Shown: positions 17,892 to 28,200 of the stretch, piece after piece | Position numbering within the stretch: the first letter of the stretch is position 1 | Layout of the letters: each line of letters begins with the position of its first letter | IMG/VR virus record: IMGVR_UViG_3300035670_000052 | Coordinates: 62,001 to 119,575 of that record | DNA from: an uncultured virus (IMG/VR IMGVR_UViG_3300035670_000052) | Lineage: Duplodnaviria > Heunggongvirae > Uroviricota > Caudoviricetes | DNA length: 57,575 nt | Strand: one strand, 5' to 3' | Notes under the pieces: model-generated | Told to the model about the DNA's origin: nothing | Database searches by the model: none | The model's input: the letters and a program-made list of their open reading frames with translations, nothing else | Made by a program: the position numbers and the translations under genes

Positions 17892-18446
17892 ATGGCAGAA
17901 AGACCTAAGCAAAATTGGGAAGCTAGAGACATTTCTAGTTTTGGACCAAAATTTAGAGTAGATATTAATAACCCCCAAATGGGTTATAATAGTACAAATG
18001 TTTATGCTTTTTATGGTGTAACAGATGGAAATGATATAAATTTTTCTGGAGTTACGGAAGCAGGAAATTATAGAATTTATAATGATAGGTACATTGAAAT
18101 TATTGCAGGAAATAAAGAAAGTAGCGATGGAGTAGATATTGTAATTGCAGGGATGAATGGAGATGTTACTATTACTGCAATGAGAAATGGTGCGGTTAGA
18201 ATTAAAGGAAAAACTATAATGATAGACGCAGATGAAGATGTAGATATTAAAGCAGGTAGAAATATTACAGCTTCATCTGGATCAGGAAGAATATTAATGA
18301 AAGGTAATAAAATTGACACAAGTGCATTAACTGGAAATGCTATAAAAGAAACTTTTGGAATGCAAGTATTTTCAAAGAGTTTTGTTGGTGGCGATATTGT
18401 TGACAAAGCATTCAATGTTGCAACTACTTTTTTGAAGGGAAATTAA
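17892..18446 (+). CDS. gp5 C-terminal-like beta-helical spike protein
   Basis: Repetitive beta pattern GDVTITA.NGAVRIKGKTIMIDADEDVDIKAG; follows gp5. Confidence 0.55.
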   Translation: MAERPKQNWEARDISSFGPKFRVDINNPQMGYNSTNVYAFYGVTDGNDINFSGVTEAGNYRIYNDRYIEIIAGNKESSDGVDIVIAGMNGDVTITAMRNGAVRIKGKTIMIDADEDVDIKAGRNITASSGSGRILMKGNKIDTSALTGNAIKETFGMQVFSKSFVGGDIVDKAFNVATTFLKGN

Positions 18447-18447
18447 T

Positions 18448-21400
18448 ATGGAAAGGGATATTGAAGTATTTGGTAATGAAGTTTATTTCAATGAAAGAGT
18501 AACTTTTTATAAAAATAATTTTCAATCTTCAAAATATCAACTTTCTGAAATATGGGAATCTGAAAATGAAATTCTTCCTGAAGGATCTTTAGGTGTAGAA
18601 TCTGACACAAACTTTTTTAAGTTTGGAGATGGGGCTACTAGATGGAATGATTTGCCATATGCCTCAACAAACAGTATTCAAGGAACTCAAGGACTTCAGG
18701 GAGTAGGATATCAAGGATCACAAGGTCTTCAAGGAAATCAAGGTATTTCTGGAGCTTTTGCCGGAAAAGGAGACCAAGGTACTCAAGGTCTACAAGGATC
18801 TCAAGGTCTACAAGGATCTCAAGGTCTACAAGGATCTCAAGGATCTCAAGGATTACAAGGATTACAAGGAAACCAAGGAAACCAAGGAAATCAGGGATTA
18901 CAAGGAAACCAAGGATTCCAGGGTGGTCAAGGTTTACAAGGTTTTGCAAATCAAGGATCACAAGGTAATCAAGGTCTTCAAGGGAATCAAGGAATTCAAG
19001 GAGTTCAAGGATTCTTAAGTAACTTCCAAGGAACGCAAGGTATTCAAGGTTCTCAAGGATTTCAGGGGTTACAAGGTAATCAAGGAACACAAGGTAATCA
19101 AGGAATTCAAGGTAGGCAAGGAACTCAGGGTAATCAAGGTCTTCAAGGGAATCAAGGAATTCAAGGACTTCAAGGACCTTTAAGTAACTTTCAAGGAACC
19201 CAAGGTAATCAAGGGACACAAGGACTACAAGGACTACAAGGACGCCAAGGTCTACAAGGGTCAATTGGTTCTCAAGGAACTCAAGGATTCCAGGGAATAC
19301 AGGGTAATCAAGGTCTTCAAGGACTTGATGGTGCTTTTGCCGGTCAAGGTGTCCAAGGTCTTCAAGGAATACAAGGTCGTCAAGGTGCTCAAGGATTAGC
19401 AAATCAAGGAGTGCAAGGAAGAATCGGTTCTCAAGGATTCCAAGGAATTCAGGGTCGTCAAGGTGCTCAGGGTCGTCAAGGAACACAGGGACCTTTAAGT
19501 AACTTCCAAGGAACTCAAGGAGCTCAAAGTTCTCAAGGAACCCAAGGACTTCAGGGTAATCAAGGAACTCAAGGATTCCAGGGAATACAGGGCAATCAAG
19601 CTTCACAGGGACGCCAGGGATCTCAGGGTTTAAGTACTCAAGGTTCTCAAGGTATTCAGGGTCGCCAAAGTGCTCAAGGTTTACAAGGATTACAAGGACG
19701 CCAAGGATCTCAAGGATCTCAAGGATTACAGGGTGATCAAGGTACTCAAGGTAATCAAGGACTGCAAGGTAATCAAGGACTTCAGGGTAATCAAGGTAAT
19801 CAAGGATTGCAAGGCAATCAAGGACTTCAGGGTAATCAAGGAAACCAAGGACTCCAGGGTAATCAAGGTGTTCAAGGTAATCAAGGTCTTCAAGGTAGCC
19901 AAGGTACTCAAGGTAATCAAGGACTCCAAGGTAATCAAGGACTCCAAGGACTGCAAGGCAATCAAGGACTTCAGGGTAATCAAGGAAACCAAGGGCTCCA
20001 GGGTAATCAAGGTTTACAAGGTAACCAAGGTTTACAAGGACTCCAAGGTTTACAAGGACTTCAAGGTCGCCAAGGTGGTCAAGGAGTTCAAGGAAATCAG
20101 GGACTGCAAGGAAATCAGGGATTGCAAGGAAATCAGGGACTTCAAGCTAATCAGGGTCTTCAAGGTCTTCAGGGACTTCAAGCTAATCAGGGTCTTCAAG
20201 GTCTTCAGGGTCTTCAAGGTCTTCAGGGTCTTCAAGGTCTTCAGGGTCTTCAAGGTTCTCTAAGTAATTTCCAAGGAACTCAAGGACTTCAAGGTAATCA
20301 AGGTCTTCAAGGACCTCAAGGACTTTCTGGAGAATTTGCTGGACAAGGAACGCAAGGAACGCAAGGACTCCAAGGTTCTCAAGGTTTACAAGGTCTTCAA
20401 GGTTTACAAGGTCTTCAAGGACCTTTAAGTAATTTCCAAGGAACTCAAGGACTTCAAGGACCTTTAAGTAATTTCCAAGGAACTCAAGGTAATCAAGGTC
20501 TTCAGGGGCTTCAGGGGCTTCAAGGGCTTCAGGGGCTTCAAGGACTTCAGGGTAATCAAGGATTGCAAGGAACTCAAGGTAATCAAGGTCTTCAGGGTCT
20601 TCAGGGTCTTCAAGGATCCTTAAGTAACTTCCAAGGAACACAAGGTAACCAAGGTGCTCAAGCAACTCAGGGTGCTCAAGGAACTCAAGCAAATCAAGGA
20701 ATGCAAGGTCTTCAAGGACCTTTAAGTAACTTCCAAGGAACTCAGGGAAATCAAGGTGTTCAAGGTAATCAAGGTCTTCAAGGTAACCAAGGTACTCAAG
20801 GTAATCAAGGCTTACAAGGTCTTCAAGGATCACAAGGTCTTCAGGGAATGCAAGGTAGTCAAGGACTTCAAGGACCTTTAAGTAACTTTCAAGGAACCCA
20901 AGGTAATCAAGGGACACAAGGACTACAAGGACTACAAGGACGCCAAGGATCTCAAGGATCTCAAGGATTGCAAGGTAATCAAGGAAATCAAGGGCTTCAA
21001 GGGCGCCAAGGTTCTCAGGGAACACAAGGACTTCAAGGTTCTCAGGGAACACAAGGACTTCAAGGTTCTCAGGGAACACAAGGTTTACAAGGTATTGGAA
21101 TTCAAGGTCCACAGGGAACTCAAGGAACTCAAGGACTTCAAGGTCTTCAAGGTATACAAGGATTACAGGGATTGCAAGGAATTCCAGGCTCAGGAATTAT
21201 TTTTATTCAAGATGAAAACGATCTAGATAAAACTTTTTATCCTTCATTTTTAGAACAAACAAGTGGAACAACAAGCACAGAATATGTTTCTTCTGAAAAA
21301 TTAGTTTTCAATCCTTCTTCTGGAAGTATTGGTATAGGCACAAGTATTATTACAAATACACTTACTGTTGCAGGAACAGCTACTGCAACCTCATATTTTG

Positions 21401-24400
21401 GAGAGGGAGTTAATCTTGTCGGTATTGTAACCCAGTTAGTTCCTGGAATTGGTATTGACATTACTAGCACACAAAATCCAGGAAAGGGTGTAGTCAAGGT
21501 AGATGCATACAGACCTGTTGGTAAAACAATATACGTATCTCAAAATGGTGATGATAATAATACTGGATTAGCAGAAAATTATCCAAAGAGAACTATAAAA
21601 GCTGCAGCTTCTGTTGCCTTATTTGGTGATACAATTAAAGTTTTCCCCGGATCATATGTAGAAGATAACCCAATTGTATTATCAAAAACAGTATCAGTTG
21701 AAGGCACTGAACTTAGAAACTGTGTAGTTACTCCAAGAAATTTAAATCAAGATTTATTCCATGTTAATAATGGTTGCCATATTACTGATGCGAGTTTTAT
21801 TGGCGCTCCCATGACAAATGGAGCTGCTGCTGTTGCTCTTCAACCATTGTCAGGAGTTGCGACTGATAGATTTTTTGATGCGGCAAGAATGATTCGTTTT
21901 AATTTGGATTATATTGCTCAAGAATCTGTTGGATTCTTGACAAGTGGATTTAGTGGATTTGCAGGTAGTCATAGGGAGCAAGATGCAGCTAAACTTATTG
22001 ATTCTAACTTAAATTATATTTCAAGCGAAGCAGTCGGATTCTTAACATCTCCTTCTGGATATAACTTTACTTTAAACAATAGTGATTATACCAACTGTAG
22101 AGAGGATATTGTCAGCATTATGCAGGCAGTTTCTTATGATTTGAAAGCAAATAGTAATCGCAAATCAATCGGAGCAGGTTATTCTTACTTTAATAACTCG
22201 GGTGGATTAATTCATATTACTGGAGTTGGTGTTTCTGAGGCAACTATTGCCACACTCGATTATGCAGCTGGAATTGCAACTTATATTATCAATAATCAAA
22301 CACCTCCAATTTCTTATCAGGGAGTGGGTAATAGTATACCACAAGTTAAAAATCTTTCAGTAATTCAAGTAGAAGGTGGGTGTGTAGGTGTAGGTACGAC
22401 TATTGGACAATTAGTTGGAATTGTAACTAATATGATTGGTGCAGGAACGACATTAAATGCACCTTCAGTGAGATATGGAGTTACATTAGAAAGTCAAGAT
22501 TGTGCTGACGATATTAAGAGTATATGGAAGTGTATAATTTTTGATATTACTAGAGGAGGAAATTCAAAATCTGTTTCGGCTGGAAGTGCATATTATGATG
22601 AGGAATGGAATTTGAAATCTGGAATCTTAAAAAATCCAGATGAAGTTAAACAAACTATAGCTACTATAGATTATTCTTTTAACGTCGCAAGAGCAATAAT
22701 TAACAATTGCTCTTGGGGAGGATATCCCGTAGGTCTAGGGACAATAGTTGTAAATGCATCATATAATGAAAATACAGGCATTACTACAATAACTGCAATA
22801 AATCATGGATTATCAAATAATGACCCAGTTAAAATTGTTGGTTTAGGGTTTACTTGTCCATCAGGTCCAGGTACAATAATATATCCTAGCGGAACTTATG
22901 GTTATGTCTTCCCTGTAAAAAATGTTTTAAATTCTGATACTTTTGAAGTAGTTGTTGGACAATCTACATTACCACACACGTATGTTTCTGGTGGAACTGC
23001 TCAAAAGTATACTAGTTTCCAAACAAAATTTACGCAAGTTAAAGATCTTGCAATGCAAGTTGATTCTGAAACTGGATTTAATAATGTAATTACTTCTTGT
23101 TCGGATGTTGCATCTGCACTTAAAACATGTATAGGTATAGTAACTTCTATTGTTGGATTTGGTTCAACTGCATTTTCATATGTTGGATTTAATACAACAT
23201 ATCCTGGAAATAGAGGTAAGGGATTTGATACTATTGTTGGTGTTACAAGCGCATTGTATGAAGAAACATCTGGAAAGACTACAATTAAAGCTCCTGGACT
23301 ACCAGTCAAGGTTGGCGATTTAATTGAAGTTAGAAATCTCACATTCTCTTGTTCATCTGGGGGACCAACATTAACACAAAAATTCCCATCAGGTTATTAT
23401 GGATATGAATTTTATATTACTAAAATTAATCAAGATGAGTCATTTGAAATTTACACTGGAGTAAGTACTATTCCTCATACATATGTTTCTGGTGGTTATG
23501 TCATAAATCGTACAATAGGCGTCACAACTGCTCAATATGATAATATCACAGGAATTACTACAATTACTGCACCTGGTTTAATTGTTAAGACAGGGGATAT
23601 AATTACGTTAAGAGATTTAGAATTCTCATGTTCAAGTGGTGCGGGAACAACTACTTTGTATCCTACAGGAAATAGAGGATATGCTTTTGAAGTTTTATCT
23701 ACAGTCAATGAAAAAGATACTTTTACTGTAAATGTAGGATCATCAACTATTCCGCACAATTATGTTTCTGGAGGAGTTGTTATTCCACCTTACTCTAAGG
23801 GTGTTGGTCCAATCACACAAGGTCCATATGTAAGAAATTGCACCAACTTTATAGCAGATAGTATTGGAATGAAAGTTGATGGTTTCTCTGCTGAGCCAGG
23901 AGATCAAGATGATATCGGTGTTACTGGAACAATGAGTGTTGACTCATACACCCAATATAATCAAGGTGGTATTGGAGTTTCTATCACAAATGGTGCATAT
24001 ACCCAATTAGTTTCTATCTTTACAATCTGCGATGACATTGGAATCTTTACAAAGTCTGGTGGACAGTGTGATATTACAAACTCAAATTGTTCTTTTGGTA
24101 ATTATGGTCTAGTATCAGATGGTGTTGGCGATTACACTACTAAGTCAATATATAGATTTACTGGAGAAGTTGTTGAGGACACTGAAGAAGAAACAGCAAC
24201 GGTTGTTATTTCAGGAGTCGGTACTTATAGACCTTATGATGGTCAAGCAATATATTTTGGAGAACTATACTATCAGGTAAATACAATTAATGTTACCAAT
24301 GGTGGAAATGGTTACAATCCAGATAATCCACCAGTGGTTACAATTAGTTCTCCTGAAGGACCTAATGGAATTACTGCAGAAGCATCCGCAAATGTTAATG

Positions 24401-24912
24401 AATTTGGTCGCATATCATCAATTGATATCATCAGTAATGGTAGCCAATATTTAAATCCACCGTCAATTACTATAGATGGTAATGGAGGAGCCACTGCAGA
24501 AGCTGTTATGTATCCACTATACTACAGCATTGAATCCGCTTCACTCCCTTCAGCAGGAATTTCAACGGTGGTTCTGACACAAAATCTAAATAGTATTATT
24601 GGAGCAGGAACTACTGTTTATTTTTCCAGATTAAGTCTCCAAATTGCCACCTCAATATCACTTGAATGGGTTGGTTCTGGTACAAATATCAACACAGCAA
24701 AACCAGCATTAGGTGGAGTTACGATTCAAGCAAATGAAGTCGATAAGAGAAATGGTGGTCAAGTTGTTTATACAAGCACAAACCAAGCAGGTAACTTCCA
24801 AATTGGTGAAGGTATTGTTATCAACCAGCTTACTGGAACTATTAGTGGAAGATCCTTTAGTCAAAGTTTGTTAAATACAGTAACACCATTGATTATTGCT
24901 TTAGGTAGATAA
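18448..24912 (+). CDS. Giant collagen-like tail fibre (Mtd_N-like, Gly-X-Gln repeat, beta-helix-like domain)
   Basis: EGSLGVESDTNFFKFGDGATRWNDLPY; about 830 aa of G-X-Q; TIYVSQNGDDNNTG...TIKAA. Confidence 0.8.
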   Translation: MERDIEVFGNEVYFNERVTFYKNNFQSSKYQLSEIWESENEILPEGSLGVESDTNFFKFGDGATRWNDLPYASTNSIQGTQGLQGVGYQGSQGLQGNQGISGAFAGKGDQGTQGLQGSQGLQGSQGLQGSQGSQGLQGLQGNQGNQGNQGLQGNQGFQGGQGLQGFANQGSQGNQGLQGNQGIQGVQGFLSNFQGTQGIQGSQGFQGLQGNQGTQGNQGIQGRQGTQGNQGLQGNQGIQGLQGPLSNFQGTQGNQGTQGLQGLQGRQGLQGSIGSQGTQGFQGIQGNQGLQGLDGAFAGQGVQGLQGIQGRQGAQGLANQGVQGRIGSQGFQGIQGRQGAQGRQGTQGPLSNFQGTQGAQSSQGTQGLQGNQGTQGFQGIQGNQASQGRQGSQGLSTQGSQGIQGRQSAQGLQGLQGRQGSQGSQGLQGDQGTQGNQGLQGNQGLQGNQGNQGLQGNQGLQGNQGNQGLQGNQGVQGNQGLQGSQGTQGNQGLQGNQGLQGLQGNQGLQGNQGNQGLQGNQGLQGNQGLQGLQGLQGLQGRQGGQGVQGNQGLQGNQGLQGNQGLQANQGLQGLQGLQANQGLQGLQGLQGLQGLQGLQGLQGSLSNFQGTQGLQGNQGLQGPQGLSGEFAGQGTQGTQGLQGSQGLQGLQGLQGLQGPLSNFQGTQGLQGPLSNFQGTQGNQGLQGLQGLQGLQGLQGLQGNQGLQGTQGNQGLQGLQGLQGSLSNFQGTQGNQGAQATQGAQGTQANQGMQGLQGPLSNFQGTQGNQGVQGNQGLQGNQGTQGNQGLQGLQGSQGLQGMQGSQGLQGPLSNFQGTQGNQGTQGLQGLQGRQGSQGSQGLQGNQGNQGLQGRQGSQGTQGLQGSQGTQGLQGSQGTQGLQGIGIQGPQGTQGTQGLQGLQGIQGLQGLQGIPGSGIIFIQDENDLDKTFYPSFLEQTSGTTSTEYVSSEKLVFNPSSGSIGIGTSIITNTLTVAGTATATSYFGEGVNLVGIVTQLVPGIGIDITSTQNPGKGVVKVDAYRPVGKTIYVSQNGDDNNTGLAENYPKRTIKAAASVALFGDTIKVFPGSYVEDNPIVLSKTVSVEGTELRNCVVTPRNLNQDLFHVNNGCHITDASFIGAPMTNGAAAVALQPLSGVATDRFFDAARMIRFNLDYIAQESVGFLTSGFSGFAGSHREQDAAKLIDSNLNYISSEAVGFLTSPSGYNFTLNNSDYTNCREDIVSIMQAVSYDLKANSNRKSIGAGYSYFNNSGGLIHITGVGVSEATIATLDYAAGIATYIINNQTPPISYQGVGNSIPQVKNLSVIQVEGGCVGVGTTIGQLVGIVTNMIGAGTTLNAPSVRYGVTLESQDCADDIKSIWKCIIFDITRGGNSKSVSAGSAYYDEEWNLKSGILKNPDEVKQTIATIDYSFNVARAIINNCSWGGYPVGLGTIVVNASYNENTGITTITAINHGLSNNDPVKIVGLGFTCPSGPGTIIYPSGTYGYVFPVKNVLNSDTFEVVVGQSTLPHTYVSGGTAQKYTSFQTKFTQVKDLAMQVDSETGFNNVITSCSDVASALKTCIGIVTSIVGFGSTAFSYVGFNTTYPGNRGKGFDTIVGVTSALYEETSGKTTIKAPGLPVKVGDLIEVRNLTFSCSSGGPTLTQKFPSGYYGYEFYITKINQDESFEIYTGVSTIPHTYVSGGYVINRTIGVTTAQYDNITGITTITAPGLIVKTGDIITLRDLEFSCSSGAGTTTLYPTGNRGYAFEVLSTVNEKDTFTVNVGSSTIPHNYVSGGVVIPPYSKGVGPITQGPYVRNCTNFIADSIGMKVDGFSAEPGDQDDIGVTGTMSVDSYTQYNQGGIGVSITNGAYTQLVSIFTICDDIGIFTKSGGQCDITNSNCSFGNYGLVSDGVGDYTTKSIYRFTGEVVEDTEEETATVVISGVGTYRPYDGQAIYFGELYYQVNTINVTNGGNGYNPDNPPVVTISSPEGPNGITAEASANVNEFGRISSIDIISNGSQYLNPPSITIDGNGGATAEAVMYPLYYSIESASLPSAGISTVVLTQNLNSIIGAGTTVYFSRLSLQIATSISLEWVGSGTNINTAKPALGGVTIQANEVDKRNGGQVVYTSTNQAGNFQIGEGIVINQLTGTISGRSFSQSLLNTVTPLIIALGR
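18678..21183 (+). repeat. 9-bp period coding repeat (CAAGG-NNNN) encoding Gly-X-Gln
   Basis: Directly visible in the sequence. Confidence 0.95.
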
Positions 24913-24913
24913 A

Positions 24914-25276
24914 ATGGCAGCAGTAGCACTTAATAAATTCAGAACAATTAGAGTTGGTATAACCACCAATAATGTAGGAATATACACTTGTCCAATTGGT
25001 GTTGCTTCCATTGTTATTTTGTCTCAAGTTACAAATATTTCAACTGGAGCCGCAACAAGTACATACACTGTTACTGCTTATCATTCTCGCTCAAAGGAAG
25101 CTCCAAATACAGATTATAAATTTGCAAATGCGGTCCCAATTCCACCAAATGATAGTTATACTTTAGTTTCTGATGGAAGATTGGCATTAGAAACTAATGA
25201 TGTAATTAAAGTTCAGAGCAATGCAAATGGAGCATTAACTTTGCTTTTAAGTGTTTTAGAAACTGCAAAACAATAA
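24914..25276 (+). CDS. Small fibre-associated structural protein
   Basis: LNKFRT...IYTCPIG...GRLALETND; lies between two fibre genes. Confidence 0.65.
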   Translation: MAAVALNKFRTIRVGITTNNVGIYTCPIGVASIVILSQVTNISTGAATSTYTVTAYHSRSKEAPNTDYKFANAVPIPPNDSYTLVSDGRLALETNDVIKVQSNANGALTLLLSVLETAKQ

Positions 25277-25285
25277 TTAAGATTT

Positions 25286-28200
25286 ATGGTAAGATATAAT
25301 TCTGGAAGAGTAAGAAAATTTGATCAAACAGGTATAACCTCAGATCGATATCAATTTTTGGGTTTAGAGCAAGCAGAACCAGATTTAGGTGATCCTATAG
25401 TTGGAGTATCTTCTGTCATCGCAAATCCAGCTCCTCCAGGAGATCAATATGTATTAGCGGCAGTTGATGGGCAAGTTGGAAAAAGATATTGGTTAAAAAG
25501 TACCAATCTTGTAGGAATTGGATCCACAGGAACTCAAGGAACTGCTGGTCCTCCTGGATCACAAGGAGTTCAAGGCTCACTCAGTAATTTTCAAGGAACT
25601 CAAGGTAGGCAAGGAACTCAAGGTAATCAAGGTCTTCAAGGGAATCAAGGAATTCAAGGAGTTCAAGGATTCTTAAGTAACTTCCAAGGAACGCAAGGCA
25701 ATCAAGGTTCTCAAGGAACTCAAGGTAATCAAGGTCTTCAAGGAACACAAGGTAATCAAGGTCTTCAAGGAACTTCTGGAAATCAAGGTTCTCAAGGTCT
25801 ACAAGGAAATCAAGGAGTTCAAGGTGTTCAGGGATTTTTAAGTAATTTCCAAGGAACACAAGGAAATCAAGGTTCTCAAGGTCTACAAGGAAATCAAGGT
25901 ACTCAAGGTCTACAAGGGTCAATTGGTTCTCAAGGAACTCAAGGATTCCAGGGAATACAGGGTAATCAAGGTACTCAAGGTCTACAAGGGTCAATTGGTT
26001 CTCAAGGAACTCAAGGATTCCAGGGAATACAAGGAAATCAAGGTCTCCAAGGTAATTTTGGTAATCAAGGAGTACAAGGAGCACAAGGATCTCAAGGAGT
26101 TCAAGGACCTAATGGATCTTTTGGTGCGAAAGGTGATCAAGGAGTGCAAGGTCTCCAAGGGTTACAAGGAACATCAGTTCAAGGGTCTCAGGGTGCTCAG
26201 GGAGTTTTAAGCAATTTCCAAGGAACTCAGGGTAATCAAGGTATTCAAGGTTCTCAAGGAATGCAAGGAGCTCAGGGAGTTCAAGGATTCTTGAGCAATT
26301 TCCAAGGAACTCAGGGTAATCAAGGTCTTCAAGGGAATCAAGGAATTCAAGGAGTTCAAGGATTCTTAAGTAACTTCCAAGGAACGCAAGGTATTCAAGG
26401 TTCTCAAGGTTCTCAAGCAACTCAAGGTGTTCAAGGAGCACAAGGTTCAATTGGTCCTCAAGGATTTCAAGGACTTCAAAGTTCTCAAGGAATGCAAGGT
26501 AATATTGGTAATCAAGGTGGACAAGGACTTCAAGGTTTACAGGGAACCCAAGGATTTAGTGGATCCACAGGTTCTAAAGGAGATCAAGGTGCTCAAGGTC
26601 TTCAAGGATTACAGGGATCACAGGGTAATCAAGGATTATCAAATCAAGGACCTCAAGGTCCTCAAGGTTCTCAAGGTTCTCAAGGATTACAAGGTTCTCA
26701 AGGAACACAAGGGTTTACTGGAGGTGAAGGAAGACAAGGAGCTCAAGGACCCCAAGGTGTTCAAGGATTAAGTGGAGGTGAAGGAAGACAAGGAGCTCAG
26801 GGACCCCAAGGTGTTCAAGGTGTTCAAGGTCTTCAAGGTTTTAGTGGTAATGTCGGATCAAAGGGTGATCAGGGCGCTCAAGGTGTTGGAGCACAGGGTA
26901 CTCAAGGTCTTCAAGGTTTCAGTGGTAGTATTGGTGGAAAAGGTGACCAAGGAGCACAAGGGATTCAAGGTGTTCAAGGTCTTACTGGAATTTCACCATT
27001 AACATCAGCAAGTCTTGCTGTCATTGATGCCGCAGTTTCTTCTACAATCAATTTGGGATCTGGAGCAAGACTATCAACGGTTGCTAGTGTCAGTGCAATG
27101 GCAACCAGAACTGAAGTTCCTGGTTCAACTTCAATTGTAGTGTTTGATGGAAATGGAAATAGATCTGCAACAACTGCAGGAAAATATTATTTGTCTGCTG
27201 TTTCCAAATTGTTCTATTGGGTAAATCGTGGTGGTGGTGGATGGGGAGATGACCCAGCTGGTACTACAGTTGAATTGCAGTTTTCTTATGATGGTTCTAC
27301 AGGATGGACAGCTTTAGATCAAGTTACAACTTCAATAGTATCTTCCAATAATACTTGGATTCAAAGAGAAATTATATTGTCTAATTTTTCAGGATCTCAA
27401 TATTATAATGGTGTTTATCTAAGATTTGTTCAATCTCCATTATCAAGATCTAGTAATGTTGATACTTGGGCATTTACTTCCGTAATTTATCAAGCAGGAT
27501 CTGCAGGTGGTGGTGGTTCTACATCCACAGGATCTAATTCTTTGGCAGTCATGGATGTTTCATCAACATCTACAATTTCTCTTCCATCATACCCAAGCAC
27601 ATCAGGTGTAAGACTAACCACAGTTAGTGGCGTTACTGGAATGACATCCAGAACTGAAGTTCCTGGTTCAACTCCAATTGTAGTATTTGATGGAAATGGA
27701 ATTGCAAATTCCACAAGAACAGTAACATTACCAAATAGGGTTTATTTGTCAACTGTTAATAAACTTTATTATTGGGTTATTAAAGGTGGTGGTGGATGGG
27801 GTGATGAACCTTTTGATACTTTGTCATTACAATATTCTTATGATGGTACTAATTGGTTAGGTACTATTGATTCTACAGCTTATCAAGATATTTTATCTAC
27901 AAATACATGGACTCAAAAGTCTGTAACAGTTCCTGCAGCCGCCAAATATTATAATGGTGTTTACTTAAGATTTTCGCAACCTGGTTATAATACATCTAGT
28001 ACTTATAGAAGTTGGGCTATAACTTCTATTATACCTGATTTTGGTGCTGCTGGTGGGGGAAGTTCTGGTGGATCAACTTCTCTTGCTTTAGTTGATTTAT
28101 CATCTTCAAATAATTTTGATTTTCCAACCCCTCAGCCTGGAGCTAGATTAACAACAGTTTCCGCTGTTACTGGAATGGCAACCAGAACTGAAGTTCCTGG

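Noticed and set aside
18560..18665. Mtd_N-like domain as evidence of a diversity-generating retroelement
   Set aside because: No reverse transcriptase and no TR/VR pair with adenine-specific mismatches seen in the window
18638..21112. Long alternative-frame and antisense ORFs (LEDL, KVFK, TLK repeats) over collagen gene 1
   Set aside because: Shadow frames of the 9-bp CAAGG repeat; no independent start signals
25581..27002. Alternative-frame ORFs over collagen gene 2
   Set aside because: Same shadow effect of the G-X-Q repeat
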